Below are positions 20,692 to 29,871 of a stretch of 64,000 nucleotides of DNA, one piece after another (the first letter of the stretch is position 1; every line of letters starts with the position of its first letter). Origin of the DNA: Cenarchaeum sp. GTDB lineage: Archaea; Thermoproteota; Nitrososphaeria; Nitrososphaerales; Nitrosopumilaceae. Under the pieces are notes generated by a model. That model worked only from the letters and a program-made list of their open reading frames with translations. It was not told the DNA's origin and ran no database searches. Made by a program: the position numbers and the translations under genes. The stretch is from contig OZ242221.1 of NCBI GenBank assembly GCA_965206845.1, positions 800,001 through 864,000 of the forward strand, read 5' to 3'.

Positions 20692-20862
20692 ATGGATAAG
20701 CAGTTTGGCCTCGCGGCTCTTCTGGTTCTTGTGGGATTTGGGATTACACAGCTGGAGCAGGACGGCGACGGCTCATTTCTAGTGGGCATTGGCATAGGGA
20801 CGATTGTGATCGCATCGTTCTGGATTGTGCTGAGGATAATCAAGGATTTAAAGAGAAAGTAG
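20692..20862 (+). CDS. Small 2-TM hypothetical membrane protein
   Basis: MDKQFGLAALLVLVGFGITQL..FLVGIGIGTIVIASFWIVLRIIKDLKRK. Confidence 0.6.
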   Translation: MDKQFGLAALLVLVGFGITQLEQDGDGSFLVGIGIGTIVIASFWIVLRIIKDLKRK

Positions 20863-21023
20863 TCTTTGCGGCAGGGCCGCGGCGTGATCTGTCGTTGCGC
20901 ACGCACCAGCTGCCTGTCGCCACGCCAAAAGGAAACCCACAATGCAGTCTGGGAAACTGCACGGCTCGGAGAGTGCGCGCGCCGCTACAAAATATTAAAA
21001 GCAAGCCAAACATATTCAGTATT

Positions 21024-21545
21024 GTGCCTGGCAAGGGATACGCAACCATAGGCCTGAAACCCGGCACCTATACCCGCCTGCAGAGCATCACGGATGCGTT
21101 CTATCCAGGAATGTTTCTGCCCAGTACCCTGATAATGTTGATGAACGAGGTAAAGCTGGGGCGCTATTCCATTGAATCCCACAGGATGAAGATTGACACG
21201 GCCGGGAGATACTACACCATGACCATAAGGGCAGATGTGAAGGACTGGCTGAGGGAGAAGTATGATCTGCATGGGAAGGAGTACGGGACAAGATACAAAA
21301 CCAAATGCTTTTCAAACTTCGTGAGCTACTTTCTGGTGAATCTGTTTGAATCCAAGCTGAACTCGCAGAATAACGTAATCAGGCTCAAGGAGTCCGACTT
21401 TGAGTGGCTCCAGAGGGAGTATGCCGTGTATAAGAAGGACACCAAGGACAGGCGCGAGGTACAGACGTTTGAAAAGTTTGCGGACTCGCACATCAACAAG
21501 ATCTTTGAAAAGATCAGAACCGCCAAGGAGATACTGACCATATGA
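21024..21545 (+). CDS. Hypothetical protein, possibly tandem ribbon-helix-helix-like DNA-binding
   Basis: Likely GTG start. Three strand+helix+helix units begin YATIGLK, YYTMTIR and VIRLK. Confidence 0.6.
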   Translation: MPGKGYATIGLKPGTYTRLQSITDAFYPGMFLPSTLIMLMNEVKLGRYSIESHRMKIDTAGRYYTMTIRADVKDWLREKYDLHGKEYGTRYKTKCFSNFVSYFLVNLFESKLNSQNNVIRLKESDFEWLQREYAVYKKDTKDRREVQTFEKFADSHINKIFEKIRTAKEILTI

Positions 21546-21569
21546 GCACGCAAGCGGTTTAAAAAAAAA

Positions 21570-21827
21570 TTAGAGGGGCACCATTGTGTCAATCAGCCTT
21601 GCGTTGGTGACCTGTCCGTCCTTTTCCTGAATCTCAAGATCCACCGTATACTTGAGGCCGTCAAGCATGAAGTTTACCTGCACGTCCCATGCTTCTCTTG
21701 TTCCTTTCTCCGGTATCGGGAACGTTGTGTTTACACGAAAGTCAGATACCTCACCATACAGGGAACCGATTACACGGCTTGACTCCCTGGCTATGTCTTC
21801 TGATGTACTAACCTGCACCATACTCAT
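21570..21827 (-). CDS. Small acidic hypothetical protein
   Basis: 85-aa ORF with protein-like composition (WDVQVNF..YTVDLEI..DGQV). Confidence 0.7.
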   Translation of the reverse strand: MSMVQVSTSEDIARESSRVIGSLYGEVSDFRVNTTFPIPEKGTREAWDVQVNFMLDGLKYTVDLEIQEKDGQVTNARLIDTMVPL

Positions 21828-21927
21828 TAACCTAAAGGACGTAGGATATAAGAATTATGTAGTGCCAGAGGGAAGAAAGTGTTACCATATTGCAACATTT
21901 AGTGGTAAACTACGAATTATTTTGGGA

Positions 21928-23310
21928 TCAGTTTCCAAAAGATCTTCCAAACTTTTTGAAGAACGACTCTTTGTTCTCGCCGTCTATCTTCTCCATGACC
22001 TGGCTTTTGTAGTAGATCGCCCGCTGGTTTTCAGGATCCAGCTTGAGCGCCCTGCTGTAGCACTCCAGGGACTCCTCGTATCTGCCAAGTGACATCAGAA
22101 GCTTTCCCTTGTAGCTGATGGCGTACACATAGTCAGGTGCTATGGACAGTGCCTTGTCGCAGTATGTCAACGCCTCGTCATACTTTTTTTGGTGCTCGAG
22201 AAGCCAGACCATGCTGCACAGCGCCCTGACATTGTCAGGCTCGATGCTCAGCGCAGCCTCGCAGAAGAATCTTGCCGCGCCGTATTTTTTTAGCGAGAAC
22301 AGGGAGACTCCCTTGCTGTACATGGCGCGAACGTTCCCCGGATCACTCTTCAGTATTCTGTCAAAGCAGTCAACGGCCTTTTTGAACATCCCCGTCCTGT
22401 CATACACCAAGCCCTTGTTCAGCAGGGCATCGGCATTCTCAGGATCAACCTCAAGCGCCTTGTCAAAGAAGTAAAAGACATCCTTGTATGAAAACCCCGC
22501 CAGATCCAGGGTCCAGCCCTTTGCCACCAGCGCCCGGACGTTCTTCGAGTCCAGCTTTAGGGCCCTGGTATAGTACCGCATGGCCTCTTCATGCCTGCTC
22601 TGCTGTGTTAGCTTTGCACCCTTTTCGTAGAGATCCTGCGACTGCCCCGACTCCGCCTCTATTGCCTTGTCCAGATAGAATGACGAGTCTGACTGCCTTC
22701 CCATTCTTCCAAGGACCAGGCTCTTGTTGTAGAGCGCATCAGGGTTCGTGCCCTCGATCTTCAGAACCTGGTCAAGCAGATCTATTGCCTCCCCGTGCAT
22801 CTTCAGGTTGCTCTTGCAGAGGGCCATGTATGTCAGCGCGCCCAGGTGCCTGCTGTCGATCTCAACGACCCGTAGAAAGCTGGATACTGCGTCATCATAC
22901 CTGCCGATCTTTTCCTGTGCCAAGCCCAAGTTGTACAGTGCATCTGTGTGCTTTGGGTCAGTCACAGCGACGTCCTCAAAGCACTGGGCGGCACTAACAA
23001 ACTCGTTTATCTGGTACAGCGCCTGTCCCTTGTGAAACTGTGCCAGCGCGTTCCCCGGATCCTCCTCCAGCGCCCTGTTGAAGCTTGAGACTGCCTTCTT
23101 GAACTCGCCGTAACTCTTCCAGTACAGACCGTTGGAGACAAAGTCCTGCTTGGCCTTGGGCTTGATAAAATGCATGGCGTAACTGTGCGGTTCAAGTTTA
23201 TAATTAGTTCTATGCCGTTTGACCGGATTTCGCAGATACGGGAGCGGCACTCCCGGATCCGTGAGGGGCGCTCGTTTCAGGAGTCCCCGCACCCAATCCA
23301 GCGCGCCCAA
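21928..23310 (-). CDS. Tetratricopeptide repeat protein
   Basis: About 11 34-aa repeats of type AL..KG..L...G.Y.EA...FD.AL..DP. Confidence 0.95.
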   Translation of the reverse strand: MGALDWVRGLLKRAPLTDPGVPLPYLRNPVKRHRTNYKLEPHSYAMHFIKPKAKQDFVSNGLYWKSYGEFKKAVSSFNRALEEDPGNALAQFHKGQALYQINEFVSAAQCFEDVAVTDPKHTDALYNLGLAQEKIGRYDDAVSSFLRVVEIDSRHLGALTYMALCKSNLKMHGEAIDLLDQVLKIEGTNPDALYNKSLVLGRMGRQSDSSFYLDKAIEAESGQSQDLYEKGAKLTQQSRHEEAMRYYTRALKLDSKNVRALVAKGWTLDLAGFSYKDVFYFFDKALEVDPENADALLNKGLVYDRTGMFKKAVDCFDRILKSDPGNVRAMYSKGVSLFSLKKYGAARFFCEAALSIEPDNVRALCSMVWLLEHQKKYDEALTYCDKALSIAPDYVYAISYKGKLLMSLGRYEESLECYSRALKLDPENQRAIYYKSQVMEKIDGENKESFFKKFGRSFGN

Positions 23311-23367
23311 AAACGTATTTTACCAAAAATGTTTATTATCTGACATTCCGCAGAGACAGTGATCGTA

Positions 23368-24483
23368 ATGGGCATGGAGTTTTACGGCGATGACTACAGG
23401 GGTGCGGATGTTGCCCCCTTTGTTGGAATAAACACCTTCCTGCATCTGCCATGGGTGAAAACCCATGAAGAGCTGGTAAACGCAAGGCCCGACGTCGCCA
23501 TCATCGGCGAACCGTTTGACTTTGGCACCACCATCCGCCCCGGGGCAAGATACGGCCCGCGGGCCCTGAGGGCCGCGTCCACAATACCGTCTCCGCCCTA
23601 TGAGAGGTTTAACATCGAGACGGGGGCCGATCCCTTTGGCACGTTTAGAACCGTCGATTATGGGGATGTCCACGTGTCCCCCGGTGACGTGATCGAGTCC
23701 CACAAGAGAATGTCCCAGAAGGTAAAGGAGGTTCTCGAACAGGACGGAATTCCGGTGATGCTTGGAGGCGATCACTCGATCACCTATGCCAACGTACGCG
23801 CATTTGCCAAAAAGTACAAGAACATAGGCATGATTCATTTTGACACGCACGCAGACTGCGCCCCGCAGGGGCTGACAGGCTACAAGTATGATCACGGGGC
23901 ACACATTCGAAGAATAATGGAGATGGGATGCATGAAGGGAAGGAACTACTCCCTTGTGGGACCGCGCGGCTACTGGCCAGGACCGGATCTGTACAAGTGG
24001 ATGTCAGACCAAGACTTCCAGTGGTTCACAATGCTGGACGTTGAAGAGCTGGGAATCGACTACATTGCCAAGGAGATAGCAGACAGGGCAAACGACGGCA
24101 CCGACGCGGTGTACCTCTCTTGGGATATCGACTCGTTTGATCCCGCCTACGCCCCCGGAACAGGGGAGCCGGAGCCAAACGGCCTCACGTCCAGGGAGGG
24201 CATAAGAATGGTTCGCCTGCTCTCAAAGTCCTTTGACCCCGACAGGTTCGCAATGGATCTGGTCGAGGTGGCGCCGGCATACGATGTAAGCGACAACAGC
24301 TCGTACAACGGCGGGATTACGTCCGGACTGGGACAGAGACTGATCGTGGAACTCCTGGCGGGCCTGTCGTTGACAAAGAGGGGCCTAGACGAGGGGAGCC
24401 CGGTAAGGCCACATGATTACCGTGGAACCGGCAACACTTACAGCTTTGGCAGCCCTCGTGCGGAGATCCCCAGGAGATCTTGA
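23368..24483 (+). CDS. Ureohydrolase (agmatinase/guanidinobutyrase family)
   Basis: RPGARYGP, GGDHS, DTHAD, SWDIDSFDP..APGTG.PEP, DLVEV.P. Confidence 0.95.
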   Translation: MGMEFYGDDYRGADVAPFVGINTFLHLPWVKTHEELVNARPDVAIIGEPFDFGTTIRPGARYGPRALRAASTIPSPPYERFNIETGADPFGTFRTVDYGDVHVSPGDVIESHKRMSQKVKEVLEQDGIPVMLGGDHSITYANVRAFAKKYKNIGMIHFDTHADCAPQGLTGYKYDHGAHIRRIMEMGCMKGRNYSLVGPRGYWPGPDLYKWMSDQDFQWFTMLDVEELGIDYIAKEIADRANDGTDAVYLSWDIDSFDPAYAPGTGEPEPNGLTSREGIRMVRLLSKSFDPDRFAMDLVEVAPAYDVSDNSSYNGGITSGLGQRLIVELLAGLSLTKRGLDEGSPVRPHDYRGTGNTYSFGSPRAEIPRRS

Positions 24484-24842
24484 TGTTAGTCAAGATAACT
24501 GCGCAAGAAGAGCCATACAGACCAATTGTAACAACGTTTCAGTTCCAGAATGACGTGCTTGCCGCGTCGGCAGACAGGGTCAAGAGCAAGCTGAGACGGA
24601 ATATGCGGATCAACCTGAACGAGACCCTGCTGCTGTTTACCGAGCACATTGCGCACATGCTAAGGGAGGGCAAGGGCTACGATCAGATCAAAAGGGAGAT
24701 ATCCGGGATCCTCTCCTCCGACCAGGTGATGCCCGGAACGCCCGAGATGCTGCGCAGGCTGGACTTTGAGATTCTGTCGGATCACAAGACGGAGATAACG
24801 GTGAACCAGCCGATTGCCATTCCTGATGCCGCAAGGATGTGA
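24483..24842 (+). CDS. Divergent urease gamma-subunit-like protein
   Basis: K..R...IN.NE......REGK......L...QVMPG.PEM......TV.QPI matches the UreA pattern. Lacks MxLTPRE. TGATG coupling to the ureohydrolase. Confidence 0.75.
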   Translation: MLVKITAQEEPYRPIVTTFQFQNDVLAASADRVKSKLRRNMRINLNETLLLFTEHIAHMLREGKGYDQIKREISGILSSDQVMPGTPEMLRRLDFEILSDHKTEITVNQPIAIPDAARM

Positions 24843-24848
24843 GCGCTT

Positions 24849-25589
24849 GTGGTTCTGGAGGAGATGCTTGTAGGGCTTGACGGCGGAGCTCCGGTTCTGT
24901 TGCTCTCTGCCGGCCTGATGATCGGGCTGTTTCATGCCTTTGAGCCGGATCACGTGACTGCGGTGACCACGCAGATGGCCAAAATGAGGAGGGGCACGGC
25001 GCTGCCCGAGATAAGAAGGAATGCCGTAAAGAGCTGCCTGCTTGGCGCGTTCTGGGGGTTTGGCCACACCTCGATGATTCTTCTTGTAAGTGTTCTGATA
25101 CTCGTCTTCTCCCTGAGCATACCGGGTCAGGTGTTTGACGGATTCGAGTTTGTGGTGGGCGCGATGCTGGTCATACTGGGGCTGTCCGTTTACACGAAGA
25201 GGGGCATAACCAGGCCGAGGCATTCGCACCCGCACATCCACGGGGACGGCACGACCCACTCGCACCCGCACAGCCACGGTACTGGCCACCTTCATGGCCA
25301 CAAATCGTATCTCATCGGCTGCGTTCACGGCATTGCAGGGAGCGGGGGCATAGTCGCACTCAGCGCCCCCATGCTTGGCGACATCCAGGCCGTCCTGGCA
25401 TTTGTTCTGGTCTTCGGCGCCGGCTCGATCGTCGGGATGATGGTGGCAAGCGGGGCGCTGAGCGTTCCGTTTGGCCTTGCCAGAAACTTTGAGAGGCTGC
25501 AGAAGATCACGAGGCTTGCGACAGGCACGGTAAGCATCATCATAGGGATCGGCATAATGTACAGCCTGCAAGCCCTGTTCGTCTTTTGA
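24849..25589 (+). CDS. UreH/NiCoT-like nickel/cobalt permease
   Basis: HAFEPDH (HX4DH), WGFGHT, His-rich loop HSHPHIH..HSHPHSH and G.VHG.AGSG. Confidence 0.88.
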   Translation: MVLEEMLVGLDGGAPVLLLSAGLMIGLFHAFEPDHVTAVTTQMAKMRRGTALPEIRRNAVKSCLLGAFWGFGHTSMILLVSVLILVFSLSIPGQVFDGFEFVVGAMLVILGLSVYTKRGITRPRHSHPHIHGDGTTHSHPHSHGTGHLHGHKSYLIGCVHGIAGSGGIVALSAPMLGDIQAVLAFVLVFGAGSIVGMMVASGALSVPFGLARNFERLQKITRLATGTVSIIIGIGIMYSLQALFVF

Positions 25590-25689
25590 GGCCCGGCCCG
25601 ACACATAGCCGCAGCGGCATCCCGGCTCCCGCGCCTGCGGGGCTTTAGATTTTTACATACCGGAAACCCAGCAACCCGCAGGGGATGCC

Positions 25690-27030
25690 GTGTACGTCAA
25701 GTTTATGATAGCTGCCATAGTTCTTGGGCTGGTTTCGGTCTCGGGAGCCTACGGGCACGGACTGGATCTTGACACCGTCCAGTCCGTAGACGTCGGCGGA
25801 AAGGATCTGACAATAACGGTGGAGATCTCACCCGAGTCCGGCGACAGGCAGATCACCGTTACCACCACCGAGGACTCGGGCCGCAGGGGCGCAGAGAACA
25901 TCACCCTTCTGATCCGCCTCTTCCACCAGGGACAGATGATACTCCAGGAGCAGTTCTTTGCGCATGACGGAGTGCTGCGGATAAACGCAGTGACGGCCGA
26001 CAGCGTGGAGATATCGGGGGAGCAGGATCCGCAGTCCGGCGTTTGGAGATCCGGGGCCGACCCGCTGACCATAACGGGACCGACCCTTGGCTCCGGGGGG
26101 CTGTACAGGTTTGAGATCGAGGTTGTGACGGCGGATGATCCGGCCCGCATTCTGGATGACCGCAGCGTCTACAGCGCCGATGTCAGCATACTGGAGACGG
26201 CATCCCACGCCCAGTCTGATCTCGGCGGCGGCGATGTGCAGTTTCGAACAAAGTCATACTTTGACACGCTGTCAGGGTTTGAGTACGATGCGCAGGCAGG
26301 CAGGGTCACAGTGGAGATGCCGTTTGACTGGAGCGAGAAGACCATATCCCACATACCGGTGGTCCACGTGGAGGTTCACATTCCAGACGGGTTTGCCGAG
26401 TTTCTGCATCCCGGCTACACGGGCAGGGTAAACGGAATCGACCTCTTTCGGGCGTCGGTGACCATCGACGACTACACGGAGGAGGATGAGCGCATAGTCC
26501 ACTTTGTGCTGCTTGGCGACCATGTCAAATCCCTGAAGACCCAGCAGAAGCAGGCAGGGCAGGAGATCCCCGACGTGATGACATTTACGCTGGACGCCAG
26601 CGACGAGACGCAGTTTCCCATGACCGCATACACCCGGGACGAGCAGTTTCGGGTGGACATCACGTGGGATCCTGTAGAGGTACAGTCAGAGGAACCCACG
26701 AACTTTGTATTTACTATCCGCGACGGCGCAACGGGCGAGCCGCTGCGGCAGTCCACGTACGGCTTTGTGATCCTGCAGGCAGGCAGCGAGATATACCGGA
26801 CCGGCGGCAACGCCGTGGTGGGCGGCTCGTTTGAGACCTACACCTTCTCCGAGGACCAGACTGGACAGACCACGATCCGGTTCGAGGACATACGCGGCAC
26901 CGGCGCGGTGACGGAGTTTGGTGTCGTGGTGGTGCCAGAGTTTGGCATCACGGCCATAATCCTGATTGCCGGCACCGCATCTGCCGTGCTCTCCGGACTG
27001 GCGGCAAGAAGCCTATTGATCCTCAAGTAG
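25690..27030 (+). CDS. Secreted PEFG-CTERM surface protein
   Basis: Signal peptide AYG|HGL and C-terminal VVPEFG + TM. Paralog of 33226..34866. Confidence 0.85.
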   Translation: MYVKFMIAAIVLGLVSVSGAYGHGLDLDTVQSVDVGGKDLTITVEISPESGDRQITVTTTEDSGRRGAENITLLIRLFHQGQMILQEQFFAHDGVLRINAVTADSVEISGEQDPQSGVWRSGADPLTITGPTLGSGGLYRFEIEVVTADDPARILDDRSVYSADVSILETASHAQSDLGGGDVQFRTKSYFDTLSGFEYDAQAGRVTVEMPFDWSEKTISHIPVVHVEVHIPDGFAEFLHPGYTGRVNGIDLFRASVTIDDYTEEDERIVHFVLLGDHVKSLKTQQKQAGQEIPDVMTFTLDASDETQFPMTAYTRDEQFRVDITWDPVEVQSEEPTNFVFTIRDGATGEPLRQSTYGFVILQAGSEIYRTGGNAVVGGSFETYTFSEDQTGQTTIRFEDIRGTGAVTEFGVVVVPEFGITAIILIAGTASAVLSGLAARSLLILK

Positions 27031-29769
27031 GGCGTCGATTCTTCTCTGATCCCTTACGCTCTTTACATAGAAGAGCGAGGCTGCCGTTATTCCTGCCGCC
27101 ATCAGCGGACCTGCCACCTCCGCATACCTGAGGGGAGAGACTGGCGGCCCGTCAGATATCACCGCACTGCCCGGAAGCTCCGTCAGCATTATCGTGCCCA
27201 GCCTGTAGGGCTTCTGCTCCACGAACCACACGTTGCCGTCGCCATCAGACGTGGTAAACTGGACCCACGTCTCCTCCGTAGGCAGGGGGATCTCCATGAG
27301 GCTGCCGCGGTGCGGGTCGTATACCCCAAGCTTGTCCACCGTATGCTGGGCAAACCAGACGTTCCGGTACCTGTCGAGCACGGCCCCGTTGGCCAGCGCA
27401 TCGCCGTCAGGGGACTGGACGCGCACAAAGGTCTCCAGTATGGGGTTGAACCTTGTGATGCCGCCGCCGGTCTGGTGCTCAGATATCCACAGGTTCCCGT
27501 CCGCATCAAAGGTGATGGTCTCCGGCACGCTCAGCGGGGTGTCGGGGGCAAACTCCGCGATCCGGCCGGTCTCCGGGTCTATGTAGCCCAGCTGTCCTGC
27601 CGTCTGCTGCGTGAACCAGACCTTTCCATCCGGCCCGACCTTTACGGCAAACGGCCCCGAGTCCTCGGTGGGCATCTCAAACGTCTCGAACCGGTCCAGC
27701 CCCTGGTCGTACCGCAGTATGACGTTCTTGTTTGCCACCGGAATCCAGACGCCGTCATCTGGCGCTATGTCGATGATTATCGGCAGGCTTGGTTGGTTTC
27801 TTGGGGCGATCGAGGGCAGCTCTATAATCTCATATGTTCCGGTTCCGGGATCTACAAAGCCGATCCGCCCCTCGGTAACGTCGGTGAACCAGATCCTGCC
27901 GCTGCTGTCGACGGCCAGCGCAATTGACGTGCTGCCCTCAAAGGCGTACTCGGTGAACTCCTGTTCCTGTATCGCATACTGCCATATCCGGGGCCCCGAC
28001 GAGTCGCTTATCCAGATCGAGCCTGCCCCGTCATACACCGGGTACAGCGGCGCCGCGGGCTCTGGAAACTCGTACTCGACAATCTCGGCCCTGATGTTCT
28101 CAAGCTCCGGCTTCACCAGCAGGCCCAGCGCCACCCCCTCGTTTCCGCCCTGGGTTCTTTGGGCCTCCACCTCCACCTGCCAGTCCCCTGAAAACCCAAA
28201 CGTTATCTCCCCTTCGTATGCCGGCACCCCGTCTCCCGGGATGGCATCCATTGGAACTGCGATGGGGGCGATGCCCCTGCCGGGGTTGGAGACCTTGACC
28301 TCAAGCGAGCTCATGTCGGAGATCCGCGTGCCGTCCAGGGAGGATGCCTCCACCACGATTCTGTTGGTGCCCGTTGCAAACGGCCTTATCTCTATGTCGA
28401 ATCTGGCATTCTCTGAAAACTCGGATACCGACAGGCCGGCAAATGCCTGCTGCGCCTCTACGGTTTGAACCTCGCCCGCGGGAAGCGTCCCGTTTGTGAG
28501 CAGTGCCACCACCATCAGGAGCGCAACCCCCAGTCCGGCCTCGACCTTGAGCGTGCGCCGGAGCCTTCTGTGGAGCGGGAACCGGATGTTCGACTCGGCC
28601 CTTCGCTGCGTTATCTGGTGGTACCCCCCGATTCCTATCATGGCCGACGCGATCAGAACCTTCAGCATGATCAGCTTCCCGTAGGTGGATGCGGTGATCA
28701 CGCCCAGGTTGCTCTCCAGGAGGTACAACAGCAGCGGGCCCGAGACTATGACGATCCCCAGCGCGATTATTACCATGCCGGAGAACCTGGGAATTATGGC
28801 CAGGGACCACCTCTCCCTGGGCCCGGCACCCAGATTGGCAAAGGTTGGCAGCAGCACAAAGGCCAGGAATATGACTCCGCCTATCCAGACGGAGGACACC
28901 AGGTTGTGGATGTAGTCAAGCGCCACCGCGGGAGGCTGCTCGCTTGCGGCGCCGTGGCCCATCATGGTGGTGGTGGCGATCAGCGCCAGGGACATGGCCA
29001 GCACGGGAACCTGGTTTCTGGCAGAGAGCCGCCCCATCCGCTCCAGCGCAAACCACGCTCCAAGAAGGGCAACGGTTATGGCCATCCGGATCATCCACGT
29101 TGTGCCAGAGCCAGTCTGCAGCGCGTCCATGGCCGGCACCTCCAGGCGCCATGTCTGAACTCCCAGTATCATAATGTTTGATACAAAGACTGCGACCAGC
29201 CCGATCCCCATCAGCGCCATGAACCTTCCGTGGTAGCGCCTGCGCATCGCCTTTGCATCTCCCGTGGAGCCGATGCCCAGGTGTCCCCAGATGAACATGG
29301 ACGCAATCACGGAGCCCAGGACTATGGTCTGGCCCACAAGCCCGGGAAACCTTGCCCCCGCCTCGGGAAGAAAGATCAGCTTCGCGTCCGAAGGCGCGGT
29401 ATCAGGCAGCGCCACACTGCCCACGCCAAAGACAAAGGCGTCAGAGACCAGGTGGCCGTCGACCCTTGAGAGCACCTTGCTTGTGACGGTGTAGATACCC
29501 TCCTCCAGCGGCGGGGTCGTGACAGCCAGGGAGTCATCTCCGTCGTAGTACCCGGTGTCCCTGTTGTCGATCCTCTCCCCGTTGCTGTTTAGAACCTCGA
29601 GCTTGCTGAACTGGATCTCGAGCGCCTCTGAGTAGTGCACCACCACCTCCCCGGTGCCCACGGGTACGTTTGAGAACCGGGGGGGACTGGTCTCCTCCGT
29701 AAATGGATGCGCGTATGCGGGCAGGACCGCCACCGCGACAACCGCCAGAAGCACGATCAGGGCCCTCAT
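27013..29769 (-). CDS. CopC-CopD fusion with Ig-like domain and Vgb-like beta-propeller
   Basis: AYA|HP..DGH (CopC), GHGAA..H...SSVWIGG (CopD), repeated DxxGxxWF propeller blades and C-terminal TM. Confidence 0.88.
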   Translation of the reverse strand: MRALIVLLAVVAVAVLPAYAHPFTEETSPPRFSNVPVGTGEVVVHYSEALEIQFSKLEVLNSNGERIDNRDTGYYDGDDSLAVTTPPLEEGIYTVTSKVLSRVDGHLVSDAFVFGVGSVALPDTAPSDAKLIFLPEAGARFPGLVGQTIVLGSVIASMFIWGHLGIGSTGDAKAMRRRYHGRFMALMGIGLVAVFVSNIMILGVQTWRLEVPAMDALQTGSGTTWMIRMAITVALLGAWFALERMGRLSARNQVPVLAMSLALIATTTMMGHGAASEQPPAVALDYIHNLVSSVWIGGVIFLAFVLLPTFANLGAGPRERWSLAIIPRFSGMVIIALGIVIVSGPLLLYLLESNLGVITASTYGKLIMLKVLIASAMIGIGGYHQITQRRAESNIRFPLHRRLRRTLKVEAGLGVALLMVVALLTNGTLPAGEVQTVEAQQAFAGLSVSEFSENARFDIEIRPFATGTNRIVVEASSLDGTRISDMSSLEVKVSNPGRGIAPIAVPMDAIPGDGVPAYEGEITFGFSGDWQVEVEAQRTQGGNEGVALGLLVKPELENIRAEIVEYEFPEPAAPLYPVYDGAGSIWISDSSGPRIWQYAIQEQEFTEYAFEGSTSIALAVDSSGRIWFTDVTEGRIGFVDPGTGTYEIIELPSIAPRNQPSLPIIIDIAPDDGVWIPVANKNVILRYDQGLDRFETFEMPTEDSGPFAVKVGPDGKVWFTQQTAGQLGYIDPETGRIAEFAPDTPLSVPETITFDADGNLWISEHQTGGGITRFNPILETFVRVQSPDGDALANGAVLDRYRNVWFAQHTVDKLGVYDPHRGSLMEIPLPTEETWVQFTTSDGDGNVWFVEQKPYRLGTIMLTELPGSAVISDGPPVSPLRYAEVAGPLMAAGITAASLFYVKSVRDQRRIDALLEDQ

Positions 29770-29871
29770 ATTCCTTCAAGCCAGCCAAGATAATTTAAAC
29801 AGTCTACAGGGATTTTGAAGGTTGTACCAATCTACGAACCTTAAAATGATCTGGAGGACAAGTCCTTATCC

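Noticed and set aside
16087-24842. Complete urease operon
   Set aside because: No catalytic alpha or beta subunit and no UreD, UreE or UreG in the window.
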